From Arcobacteraceae bacterium (GTDB taxonomy: Bacteria > Campylobacterota > Campylobacteria > Campylobacterales > Arcobacteraceae), in contig JBLWVX010000030.1 of NCBI GenBank assembly GCA_048268245.1, positions 1 through 34,325 on the forward strand: a stretch of 34,325 nt of DNA, written 5' to 3'. Made by a program: the position numbers and the translations under genes. Within the stretch, counting starts at the first letter, position 1. Each line of letters starts with the position of its first letter. Below are positions 18,006-26,987 of this stretch, piece after piece. The notes below the pieces were generated by a model. The model was not told where the DNA came from, searched no databases, and worked only from the letters and a program-made list of their open reading frames with translations.

Positions 18006-19028
18006 ATGCTTGATCCATTAAAAACTTCAAGCTATGACTACAACTTACCTAATGAGCTCATAGCAACAAAACCCGTAAGCCCAGCAGATTCTGCTAGGCT
18101 TCTAGTTTATGATAGAAAAACTGACACAATAACTCATACAACTTTTAAAAACCTAATGGATTTTTTACCTGATGATATTTCTGTATTTTTAAATGATACA
18201 AAAGTAATTAAAGCAAGAATTTATGGTAAAAAAGAATCAGGAGGAAAAGTTGAACTACTTTTAAATAAACCTTTGTTTATGGATAGATACCTTGTAATGA
18301 CAAGAGGTAGAGTAAAAGTTGGAACTGAAATCTTCTTTGATAAAGGTTTGCAAGCAAACGTTATTGAATTAAATGAAGATGGTAGTAGAGTAGTAAAATT
18401 TACTAAAAATGGTGAAAAAATAGATTTCTTAGAATTAGTAGAAATCTTAAATAATATAGGACATTTACCTCTTCCTCCATATATGAATAGAGAAGATAAT
18501 CAAGAAGATGAAAAAGACTACCAAACACTATTTGCTAAAAACTATGGAGCAGTTGCAGCACCAACTGCTTCACTTCACTTTACAGAAGATCTACTACAAA
18601 AAATAAATGATAAGTTTCCTGTAAACTATCTAACACTTCATGTGGGAGCTGGTACTTTTAAACCTGTTGATGCAGATGATATTTTAGAGCATCCCATGCA
18701 TAGTGAATATTTTGAAATAGGAGCTACTACGAAAGAGGCTTTAGATAAAGCAAAAAGTGTCTTAGCAGTTGGAACTACAGTTACAAGAACAGTTGAGTAC
18801 TATGCTAGAACAAATAAAATCCAAGGTGAATGTGACTTATTTTTAAATCCAGGAAATGAGCCTATAAAAGTAAACCATCTACTTACAAACTTTCACCTTC
18901 CTAAATCTACACTTATTATGTTAATTGCATCATTTGTAGGCTTAGAAAAAACACTTGAAATATACAATACAGCCATGGAAGAAAAATATAGATTCTACTC
19001 ATATGGTGATGGTATGTTAATCATTTAA
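18006..19028 (+). CDS. queA: S-adenosylmethionine:tRNA ribosyltransferase-isomerase
   Basis: PLPPY, GAVAAPTASLHF, TLHVGAGTFKPV, TNFHLPKSTL, YRFYSYGDGMLI. Confidence 0.97.
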   Translation: MLDPLKTSSYDYNLPNELIATKPVSPADSARLLVYDRKTDTITHTTFKNLMDFLPDDISVFLNDTKVIKARIYGKKESGGKVELLLNKPLFMDRYLVMTRGRVKVGTEIFFDKGLQANVIELNEDGSRVVKFTKNGEKIDFLELVEILNNIGHLPLPPYMNREDNQEDEKDYQTLFAKNYGAVAAPTASLHFTEDLLQKINDKFPVNYLTLHVGAGTFKPVDADDILEHPMHSEYFEIGATTKEALDKAKSVLAVGTTVTRTVEYYARTNKIQGECDLFLNPGNEPIKVNHLLTNFHLPKSTLIMLIASFVGLEKTLEIYNTAMEEKYRFYSYGDGMLII

Positions 19029-19034
19029 AACTAT

Positions 19035-19058
19035 AATAGGCTTAAAACAAAGCCTATT
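19035..19058 (+). terminator. Possible terminator hairpin after queA
   Basis: AATAGGCTT / AAGCCTATT inverted repeat with a 6-nt loop; short U tail. Confidence 0.5.
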
Positions 19059-19106
19059 TAGAAAACTGCTTTTAAAATACAAAACTTAGATAGAAGGAAA
19101 TACAAT

Positions 19107-19859
19107 ATGCCACATTATGTGTTATTTGATACAGAAACAACAGGAAATCAAGAAGAAGATAGAGTAATTCAATTTGGAGCTATGATAGTTGACCAAACAG
19201 GAAAAATAGAAGCTTATGATGAGTTTTGTTCTAGTGATATAAAAATTAAAATTGAAGCTATGGAAGTTCATAATATTACTTCTGATTTAATTGAAGGAAA
19301 ACCAACAGCTACTCAGACTACTTTTTATAAAAGATTAGAAGAACTAAATACACCTGAAAACTATCTAATTGCTCATAATATTGCTTTTGATATGGGAATG
19401 ATTGAAAAAGAAGGATTTGTAAATAACTATCAAATAATTGATACATTAAGATGTGCAAAACATTTATTTTCTGATTTACCATATCATAGACTACAGTATT
19501 TAAGATATGCCCTAGAACTTTATAAAACAGAAGAAGCAGAAGCTGCAAGACACAATATCACTATTAAAGCTCATGATGCTATTGGTGATGTTTTAGTTAT
19601 GAAACTATTTTTAACAAAGCTTGTAGCTAAATGTAGAGAAGCTTATCCTGATTATAATCCAATGGAAAAATTAGTTGAACTTACAAAAACTCCTGTATAT
19701 ATCAAAACTTTCAAATTTGGTAAACATAAGGGCAAAGATATAGCTGATGTCGCAAAAGAAGATTCAGGATACTTAAACTGGATGAGAACAAATATGGATT
19801 TAGATGAGGATTTAAAATATACTCTTGATAAAGTTTTAGGAAGTAATCAAACTTACTAA
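19107..19859 (+). CDS. DEDDh 3'-5' exonuclease (ExoX/DnaQ-like) with C-terminal FGKHKG domain
   Basis: FDTETTG, AHNIAFD, AHDAIGDV, FKFGKHKG...YLNWM. Confidence 0.9.
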   Translation: MPHYVLFDTETTGNQEEDRVIQFGAMIVDQTGKIEAYDEFCSSDIKIKIEAMEVHNITSDLIEGKPTATQTTFYKRLEELNTPENYLIAHNIAFDMGMIEKEGFVNNYQIIDTLRCAKHLFSDLPYHRLQYLRYALELYKTEEAEAARHNITIKAHDAIGDVLVMKLFLTKLVAKCREAYPDYNPMEKLVELTKTPVYIKTFKFGKHKGKDIADVAKEDSGYLNWMRTNMDLDEDLKYTLDKVLGSNQTY

Positions 19860-19958
19860 AACTCCATAAATTCTATCTTTTTTATATAATTTAAGTTAAT
19901 TTCATTTAAGTTTCATTTAATTTCACTATAATTACGGAAAATTTTTTAAAGGTTTAGC

Positions 19959-21296
19959 TTGAACAAATTTTCTAGAATAGGATTTATTCTAGCAGCTGCG
20001 GGTTCAGCTGTTGGTCTTGGAAATATATGGAAATTTCCATATGTTACGGGAGAATACGGAGGGGGAGCATTCGTACTTGTTTACCTACTAGCGATTCTTT
20101 TTATTGGTTTAACTGTTTTCTTAGCAGAAGCAGTTATAGGACAAAATGCACAATCTGATGTAGCAACATCATTTGTAAAGACTTCAAAAACGAAAAATGA
20201 AAACTGGAAATTTGCTGGTTTTATGATCATAAGTGGTCTTTTAATTTTATCTTTTTACTCTGTTGTATTAGGATGGATTTTAGATTATGTAATCACTTCT
20301 TTTTCAGCACTTCCTACTGAAGCTAGTGTTGCTGGTGCTGCTTTTGAGAAGCTTATTAGCGATGATATTGGTAATTTAGTAGTTTATCATACACTTATTG
20401 CAGGTACTGTAATCTTTATTGTACTAAAAGGTGTAAAAGATGGTATTGAAAAAATCAACTTAATCTTAATGCCTTTATTAGGACTTATTCTAGCTGGTTT
20501 ACTTATTTATGCTTTAACTTTAGACTCATTCTCACAAGCTGTATCATTTATGTTTAGCCCTGATTTTAGTAAGATAAATGGAGATGCCCTACTTGCTGCT
20601 TTAGGTCAAGCATTCTTTACACTTTCACTTGGTGTTGGTACTATTATGACTTATTCTGCATCTTTACCTAAGGAAGCAAACTTTGTTAAATCATCATTTT
20701 ATGTAGCTGTAGTTGATACAACTATTGCAATTATTGCTGGTCTTATCATCTTCTCATTTTTATTTGAAGCTGGTGCTCCTAGTGCTGCTGGACCTGGACT
20801 TGTATTTATTTCATTACCTGTAATTTTCTCAGGTTGGGGAGTATTAGGTCAAGTTATTGCTGTATCTTTCTTTATTGCATTAGTATTTGCAGGTATTACT
20901 TCTGCTGTATCTATGATAGAACCATCATTAAAATTCTTTATTGAAAGATTTGGTTTTACAAGAAGAAAAGCAACTATTATTTGTGGTTCTATTTTCTATG
21001 GATTAGGTATTGTAGCTTTATTATCTATGTCAAAAGCTTATGGAGCAGAGTTAACATTCTTTGGCAAAAATGCCTTTGATTGGATGGACTTTATGACTTC
21101 ATCTATAATGATGCCATTAGCTGCAATTATTACTTGTATTTTCTTAGGATATTTTGTTGATAAGCAAATGCTACAAGAAAAGTTTACAAAACACACAAAT
21201 GAAACTGTGTTTAATATTTGGTATTCATTAATTAGATATGTTGTACCAATAGCAATTATAATTCTTTTCTTAAATAAATTAGGAATCCTTTCATAA
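19959..21296 (+). CDS. Sodium-dependent transporter, NSS/SNF family
   Basis: GFILAAAGSAVGLGNIWKFPY..GEYGGGAF; GQAFFTLSLG; GPGLVF; TTG start with AAGG. Confidence 0.95.
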   Translation: MNKFSRIGFILAAAGSAVGLGNIWKFPYVTGEYGGGAFVLVYLLAILFIGLTVFLAEAVIGQNAQSDVATSFVKTSKTKNENWKFAGFMIISGLLILSFYSVVLGWILDYVITSFSALPTEASVAGAAFEKLISDDIGNLVVYHTLIAGTVIFIVLKGVKDGIEKINLILMPLLGLILAGLLIYALTLDSFSQAVSFMFSPDFSKINGDALLAALGQAFFTLSLGVGTIMTYSASLPKEANFVKSSFYVAVVDTTIAIIAGLIIFSFLFEAGAPSAAGPGLVFISLPVIFSGWGVLGQVIAVSFFIALVFAGITSAVSMIEPSLKFFIERFGFTRRKATIICGSIFYGLGIVALLSMSKAYGAELTFFGKNAFDWMDFMTSSIMMPLAAIITCIFLGYFVDKQMLQEKFTKHTNETVFNIWYSLIRYVVPIAIIILFLNKLGILS

Positions 21297-21325
21297 TAAA
21301 CTAAAGGCTTAAAGCCTTTAGTTTA
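21297..21325. terminator. Bidirectional terminator hairpin between convergent genes
   Basis: TAAACTAAAGGCT-taa-AGCCTTTAGTTTA palindrome. Confidence 0.75.
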
Positions 21326-22454
21326 ACTTCATACTTAAAACTTTAGCTATATTATAAGCACTTAATTCTAAATTTTTTTTTGCATCTTTTTTTATAGTTT
21401 CAAAAGGCATTGAAATTGGTGTTACATCAAATACAGCATCAATACCATATTCATATACAAGTTCATAATCATTTGACGTACAGCCAGCAATAGCAATGAC
21501 TTTTTTATCATATTTCTTTGCAAGTCTTGCTACACCTACAGGAGTTTTACCTTTTATAGTTTGACTATCAATCTTGCCCTCACCTGTAATAACTAATGAA
21601 GAATCTTTTATATGCTCTTCTAAATTTACTTTTTCCATTACTATATCAATACCGCTTTTCAGTTTTGCATTCATAAAAGTAATCAGTGCAAAACCTAAAC
21701 CTCCAGCAGCACCACATCCCTCAATATTTTTTGTTTTTTTATTAAAAGCTTTTTCACATAAGTTTGCAAAGTTTTCTAAGCTTTTATCTAAAGTTTTTAT
21801 TGTTTTCTCATCTGCACCTTTTTGTTTCCCAAAAACGAAAGAAGCACCATTTTTACCACATAAAGGATTTGTTACATCACAAGCTACTTCTATGTTTATA
21901 TCTTTATACTTTTCTAAACTACTAATATCAAAAGAATTAATCTCATCTATATATTTAGCACCAATTATCGGTAATTCTTTTTTATTCGTATCAAAAAACT
22001 TTACACCTAAAGCTTGAAGCATGCCAATACCACAATCATTTGTTGCACTACCACCAAGACCTAAGATAAAACTTCTAACACCTTTTTCAAAGGCATCTTT
22101 TATTAACTGTCCAAAACCATAAGTTGTTGTTTCTAAAGGATTTTTTTCATCTTGTTTTAAAAGTTCCAATCCACTTGAAGTCGCCATTTCAATTATAGCA
22201 GTCTTACTATCTCCTAAAATTCCATAATATGCTTCAATATCTCTTTGCAATGGATCTTTTACTAAAACTTTTTTTATTGAGCCATTTGTTGCATCAACTA
22301 ATGCTTCTACAGTTCCCTCACCTCCATCAGCAAGAGGTACTTTTATAAAATTAGCATCTATGAATACCTTTTTAAACCCTGTTTCAATTGCATTTGCTAC
22401 ATCTTTAGCACTTAATGTTTCTTTATATGAATCAGGTGATATAACTATCTTCAC
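21318..22454 (-). CDS. glxK: Glycerate kinase (GlxK/GarK family)
   Basis: KIVISPDSYKETL, PLADGGEGT, GLGGSATND, GAAGGLG, VITGEGKIDSQT. Start reassigned to GTG at 22454 (AAGGA upstream). Confidence 0.93.
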   Translation of the reverse strand: MKIVISPDSYKETLSAKDVANAIETGFKKVFIDANFIKVPLADGGEGTVEALVDATNGSIKKVLVKDPLQRDIEAYYGILGDSKTAIIEMATSSGLELLKQDEKNPLETTTYGFGQLIKDAFEKGVRSFILGLGGSATNDCGIGMLQALGVKFFDTNKKELPIIGAKYIDEINSFDISSLEKYKDINIEVACDVTNPLCGKNGASFVFGKQKGADEKTIKTLDKSLENFANLCEKAFNKKTKNIEGCGAAGGLGFALITFMNAKLKSGIDIVMEKVNLEEHIKDSSLVITGEGKIDSQTIKGKTPVGVARLAKKYDKKVIAIAGCTSNDYELVYEYGIDAVFDVTPISMPFETIKKDAKKNLELSAYNIAKVLSMKLN

Positions 22455-24189
22455 TTTCTTCCTTTTGTTTGTAAACAACAACTTTATTTTTTCCTATTCT
22501 TTTTGCTTTATATAGTGCTTTTTCTGCTCTTTGTAGTATTGTTTCAAAACTTTTATCTTCATATTTATCAAAAATTGAAATACCCATACTTAGAGTAAAT
22601 TTGATATCTAGTTCACCTATTTTAAAATTAGTGTTTTGTATATCTTCTCTTAGTTTTTCACTTATTTTAAAAGCATATTCAAGCTTTGTTTTTGGAAGCA
22701 CTAAAACAAACTCTTCCCCATCGACTCTACTTATCACATCACTTTTTCTAAATCTGCTTAATAGTTTATTTGATAATTGAACTAAAAGCTCATCACCCAC
22801 ATCCTGACCATAAGTATCATTTATTCTTTTAAACTCATCTATATCAATGATTATCATACATAAAGGCTCATTATTTCTTATTGAAATTTTGATTAATAAA
22901 TCAACAGCAAAATTTAAATAAGTTTTATTGTATAAATTTGTCAATGAATCTTTTTCTACAATTTGCTTTAGAACTTCTTTTGAATCCTCTAACTCATGAG
23001 TTTTTGTTTCTATTTTTTGCTGTAAATTTTTATTTAAATATTTCAAACTATTTTTATATTTTTCTAAAATAGTATTAACTTTTTTTGATAAATAATAAAG
23101 AATAAGAATTCCAAGTAAAGTTATAATAAAAGAAAAACATATTACATTGTAAATCATACTATCTAATTGTTTATCTAATTTCTTTTCGATTTTTATGATA
23201 TTTTTTTCTATATAATCTGTATAAACTCCAGTACCTATTACCCAATCAAATTTATCAAAACTTTTTACATAAGAGATTTTTTTTGATGGCTTATTTGTCA
23301 AAGGATCAATGGTTGTAGCATACTCAATAAAACCACCATCATTTTGTTTTCCTTTTTTTATAATATCTTGAACGATATACTTCCCATCAGAATTTAAATG
23401 CCATCTGTTTTTACTTATCAACTCTTTTTGAACATGAGAAATAGTAACACCTGTATAATCATAAGCAAAAACATAACCTTGGTTATAAAAAGTCATTATA
23501 CTTAATAACTCTTGTAACTTAGTCATAGTAGAAAAATATATATCTTCTTCGTATTTAGCACTACCAATAAAGATATTTAAAGGCTTAAACTCTTTGATGT
23601 ATCCAATTTTTTCTTTTGTTATTGACTCATTTGGCTTAAACCACTTCCATGTCAAAAACCCTTCACTATTAAATTTTAAAAAATCTAAAAATCTATTTAT
23701 TGTATTTTGAGCCGCTACATCATCAAGAATTAAAAAGTTTTTTCCTTCATATTTACTATTATGTGGATGCATTAAAGAAGTACCACCATAATCGAATAAA
23801 AAATAGTAACCCATTTTATTTTCAAAGAATCTAATATAAACTAATTCTTCTTTTACTTTTTGAATTATCTTTTCTTTTGGTAAATTTTTATTCTTATCAT
23901 ATATTTTTTCTATAATATTATATGCAATATTTACAGTATTTTTGATTTCTTCTTTTTCATTATCTTTTATTTGTTCATAAGACTTATCTAAAAGGTTTAT
24001 TGTATTTAAAACCCTTGATTTAATTTCATTTTTAACTTTAGTTTTTTCTTGAAAAATCAACTGCTGTTTTTGATTTTCAAAATAGTCTTTAAATTGCAAG
24101 ATAAATATATTAGTCAGAAATATAGAAGTAAATAATACTCCTACAATAGGAATAATTATAATCAATTTCTTAATATTATTTTCACTCAT
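22432..24189 (-). CDS. Membrane sensor with two Cache domains and a C-terminal GGDEF domain (DGEEF variant)
   Basis: Two TM segments flank the GYYFLFD / GYVFAYD...WVIGTGVY Cache repeats; DSLTNLYN, DIDEFKRINDTYG, RKSD, RVDGEEF, ALYKAK..GKN. Confidence 0.9.
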   Translation of the reverse strand: MSENNIKKLIIIIPIVGVLFTSIFLTNIFILQFKDYFENQKQQLIFQEKTKVKNEIKSRVLNTINLLDKSYEQIKDNEKEEIKNTVNIAYNIIEKIYDKNKNLPKEKIIQKVKEELVYIRFFENKMGYYFLFDYGGTSLMHPHNSKYEGKNFLILDDVAAQNTINRFLDFLKFNSEGFLTWKWFKPNESITKEKIGYIKEFKPLNIFIGSAKYEEDIYFSTMTKLQELLSIMTFYNQGYVFAYDYTGVTISHVQKELISKNRWHLNSDGKYIVQDIIKKGKQNDGGFIEYATTIDPLTNKPSKKISYVKSFDKFDWVIGTGVYTDYIEKNIIKIEKKLDKQLDSMIYNVICFSFIITLLGILILYYLSKKVNTILEKYKNSLKYLNKNLQQKIETKTHELEDSKEVLKQIVEKDSLTNLYNKTYLNFAVDLLIKISIRNNEPLCMIIIDIDEFKRINDTYGQDVGDELLVQLSNKLLSRFRKSDVISRVDGEEFVLVLPKTKLEYAFKISEKLREDIQNTNFKIGELDIKFTLSMGISIFDKYEDKSFETILQRAEKALYKAKRIGKNKVVVYKQKEESEDSYIT

Positions 24190-24278
24190 GATAAGAAACC
24201 TTTTTTATATATTATAAATTATAACAAATTATATTTAGAGACCATATCAAAAATGTATCAATTTAGATTTTTTTGAAT

Positions 24279-24319
24279 AAAAAAAGGGGAAAAGAGTTCG
24301 CGATCCTCTTTTCCCCTTT
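24279..24319 (-). terminator. Strong intrinsic terminator (minus strand)
   Basis: 14-bp stem at 24283-24296 / 24306-24319 with a GGGG/CCCC core; U7 tail on the minus strand. Confidence 0.88.
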
Positions 24320-24408
24320 ACTATTATCAAGTTTAAGAATAAACAGTCTTTGTTTATCTTAATCACTATGTAGTGAATGTTTATTATTTTAAGTTTGTTA
24401 CAACAATA

Positions 24409-24432
24409 CTAAGAATGATAATCCTTCGTCAT
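24409..24432 (-). CDS. Putative 7-aa micropeptide MTKDYHS
   Basis: GGAGGTG (24436-24442) with GGAGG 5 nt before ATG ACG AAG GAT TAT CAT TCT TAG. Confidence 0.4.
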   Translation of the reverse strand: MTKDYHS

Positions 24433-24461
24433 TTACACCTCCATATTGTTCGGATAATGTA

Positions 24462-24490
24462 ATTATAACATCTTTTTATCTTAAAAGCAA
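24462..24490 (-). promoter_or_regulatory. sigma70-type promoter
   Basis: TTGCTT (24485-24490), 17-nt spacer, TATAAT (24462-24467) with the extended TGn motif. Confidence 0.75.
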
Positions 24491-24505
24491 CTTAAAAGTG
24501 GTTAG

Positions 24506-25945
24506 TTACTTCAACGCATTTAATGTCTTATACTCATCAAGAGCAAAATCATCTGTCATACCAGATATATAATCAATAAGCAACCTTGCCCTTAAATACC
24601 ACTCTTCAAGCTTATATTTATCACTATTTTTATCATGTTTCATATCTTCTAAACTATTTCTATAAGCAACTATATGTTTTGAAGATAACCGTTTTACTAA
24701 CCGCTGTGAAATAAAACATGAGATGTTTTTATCAGAAATTAGGTCAAAAAAATCTTCACTTGATAGTTTTAATAAAGGTGTATATATATCAAGTAAGGAA
24801 CTTAATATTTTATGCCCTTTTAGTTCTAATGTTTGTTTGTCTTTATTACTATAAATATATTTGATTGATATTTCTTGTAAAATATTTATGGCTTTTGTAT
24901 ATTTACTATCTTTGTCAAACTCTAAAAGTGCGTCATTAAACTCTCCATTAAATACTTTTTCATGATTTTGTACATAAATATCTGAAACATGTTCTACTAA
25001 AGCATGTGTTAATTTTGCTCTTGTTAGAGTTAAGAAAAGGTTGAATTGATAAGGTTCATCTTCATTCTCTTTTGCTTTTTGATAAAAGCCTTCAACTAAA
25101 TCATGTAAATAAGTTTCCCCTATTTTCTCACAATGCTCTTTTATAAGTCTATAAATATCTTCAAATTTTAATATTCCTTTATCTACTGCATCTTCCATAT
25201 CTGCATTTAAATATGATATATCATCAGCTGCTTCCATAATATAAGTAATAGGAAATCTACACCCTTTTTTTATATCTAAAGTCTCACAAATTTCTTTTAC
25301 AATATCTCTTTCAGAGTAGTAAAATCCTGGTTTTTTCATAAGATAACTATATGGATGCTCTTTTTGTGGCCTTTTTTCATATGCTGCTCTTGAATATTTT
25401 AAAATCGCTGCTATTTGAGTATATGACAAATTTAATCTTTGAAGTCTAGTCACAACTCTGATTGCTTGTGCATTTCCATCAAAGTTACAAATATCTTCTA
25501 TCAGCATTTCTTTAAAATCTTCATCTTCTTTTCTAACATCAACTAAATAATCAAGTAACTTTACGCCCTTATTTCTCATCCAATCATTTATAGCAACTTC
25601 AGCAAAATGTCCAAAAGGAGGATTTCCTATATCATGAAGAAGACTAGTCATTTCAGCTGTTGAAACAAAAGCATCACCAAGCTCATCTAAGCCATGTTTC
25701 TTATCAAGTTTTTTTATAATAGTTTTTGCAATATATCTTGCTGTTTGAGAAACTTCTAGTGAGTGAGTAAGTCTACTTCTTACAGCTGCGTTTAACTCCA
25801 AAGGAAAGACTTGTGTTTTTTTCTGTAATCTTCTTAGAGCAGGAGCAGAAAGAATTCTTCCTCTATCACTCTCATAAGAATTGTTTATATCTGAGATAGG
25901 ATACATTTGTCTGTGTGTAGTAATTTTGTTATTATAATCAATCAT
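24506..25945 (-). CDS. dgt: Deoxyguanosinetriphosphate triphosphohydrolase (dGTPase)
   Basis: RRLQKKTQVFPLE, RLTHSLEV, LLHDIGNPPFGH, FDGNAQ, MEAADDISY, DYISGMTD. Confidence 0.95.
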   Translation of the reverse strand: MIDYNNKITTHRQMYPISDINNSYESDRGRILSAPALRRLQKKTQVFPLELNAAVRSRLTHSLEVSQTARYIAKTIIKKLDKKHGLDELGDAFVSTAEMTSLLHDIGNPPFGHFAEVAINDWMRNKGVKLLDYLVDVRKEDEDFKEMLIEDICNFDGNAQAIRVVTRLQRLNLSYTQIAAILKYSRAAYEKRPQKEHPYSYLMKKPGFYYSERDIVKEICETLDIKKGCRFPITYIMEAADDISYLNADMEDAVDKGILKFEDIYRLIKEHCEKIGETYLHDLVEGFYQKAKENEDEPYQFNLFLTLTRAKLTHALVEHVSDIYVQNHEKVFNGEFNDALLEFDKDSKYTKAINILQEISIKYIYSNKDKQTLELKGHKILSSLLDIYTPLLKLSSEDFFDLISDKNISCFISQRLVKRLSSKHIVAYRNSLEDMKHDKNSDKYKLEEWYLRARLLIDYISGMTDDFALDEYKTLNALK

Positions 25946-26702
25946 CTTCTTCTCTTTTTTTCTTATATTTTTTTAATTTCTTTTCATTTATTTTTTCAAG
26001 TAACGCAGATGTAAAAATACTGCCAGGAATAGCATAAAAAGCAATACCCAAAAAGCTTACAATTGTAGTTAAAATTCTTCCCATTACAGTAATAGGATAC
26101 ATATCCCCATAACCTACAGTTGTAAAAGTAATAATCGCCCACCACATAGTAGTAATCATACTTGTAAAAACTTCTGGTTGAGCATCTTTTTCAAAATAAT
26201 AAACTAAAGGAGTAATAGTTAAAAGCAGTACAAAAAGTAAAACTGTAATAAAAAAGAATTCTTCTTTTTTCTCTTTTATAATTGAGCTTAGTAAATTATC
26301 AAATTCTCCAAACTTTGCTAGTCTAAATAACTTAAAAATTCTTAAAACTCTTAAAGCTCTTAAGAAACCAAAGTCAAGATTAAACATAGATAAATAAAAA
26401 GGTAAAATTGCAATCAAATCAATAATCATAAAAGGTCGTAAAACATATTTTACTCTTGTGAGTTTTGATTTATAAGTGATACAATAAACTCTTAGAATAT
26501 ACTCTATTGTAAATAAAAATATATTTATAAAATTTATCGTACTTAAGACATCAAAGTACTGGGATAAACTCTTTTCTGTTTGTAAAAATAAAACTGCAAT
26601 ACTTATAAAAATATTTAAAAATATAGCTACTTGTATAATAGTTCCATATTTATGTTTTCTTGGGTTTTCAAAGATAATATATAATTCTTGTTTTAAGTTC
26701 AT
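25938..26702 (-). CDS. 6-TM voltage-gated-type potassium channel
   Basis: S4-like LRALRVLRIFKLFR; pore helix and filter WWAIITFTTVGYGDMYP. Confidence 0.93.
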   Translation of the reverse strand: MNLKQELYIIFENPRKHKYGTIIQVAIFLNIFISIAVLFLQTEKSLSQYFDVLSTINFINIFLFTIEYILRVYCITYKSKLTRVKYVLRPFMIIDLIAILPFYLSMFNLDFGFLRALRVLRIFKLFRLAKFGEFDNLLSSIIKEKKEEFFFITVLLFVLLLTITPLVYYFEKDAQPEVFTSMITTMWWAIITFTTVGYGDMYPITVMGRILTTIVSFLGIAFYAIPGSIFTSALLEKINEKKLKKYKKKREEDD

Positions 26703-26819
26703 AAGCTCTTTATTTTTTTGGATTTTAAGTAATAATTTATCTTATCAGCTTCCAACTTACACTTTGGTTTATTATTTTTTAAAAAAACTAATATATAATT
26801 GGATTTTAAAGGATATAAG

Positions 26820-26987
26820 ATGTTTGATAAAATCAAAGAGTTTTTTAAAGAAGAAGAAAAATTTCCTTGTATAGTTTGGGATGGAAAAATGATGAAATAT
26901 CTAGATCTAACTCAAAAACAAATTGATGAAATAAATAATGAGTCTAAATATGAGGGTTGGACAGCTACTAAAAAGGATGAGTGCTAG
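26820..26987 (+). CDS. Small hypothetical protein (55 aa)
   Basis: ATG at 26820 preceded by AAGGA; abuts aat. Confidence 0.7.
   Translation: MFDKIKEFFKEEEKFPCIVWDGKMMKYLDLTQKQIDEINNESKYEGWTATKKDEC

Larger units (their letters stand above)
24279..24456 (-). ncRNA. Candidate ~180-nt small RNA / mini-ORF mRNA
   Basis: Bounded by a near-consensus sigma70 promoter and a strong terminator; contains several hairpins and an SD-led 7-codon ORF. Confidence 0.6.

Noticed and set aside
24244..24432. Longer ORF by readthrough of the mini-ORF TAG
   Set aside because: The frame stays open but passes through the strong terminator and does not look protein-like.
24279..24456. 6S RNA, tmRNA, SRP RNA or a known riboswitch
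   Set aside because: The size fits 6S, but I could not find the long end-to-end rod pairing or conserved motifs of these families. This is by eye only; an Rfam search is needed.
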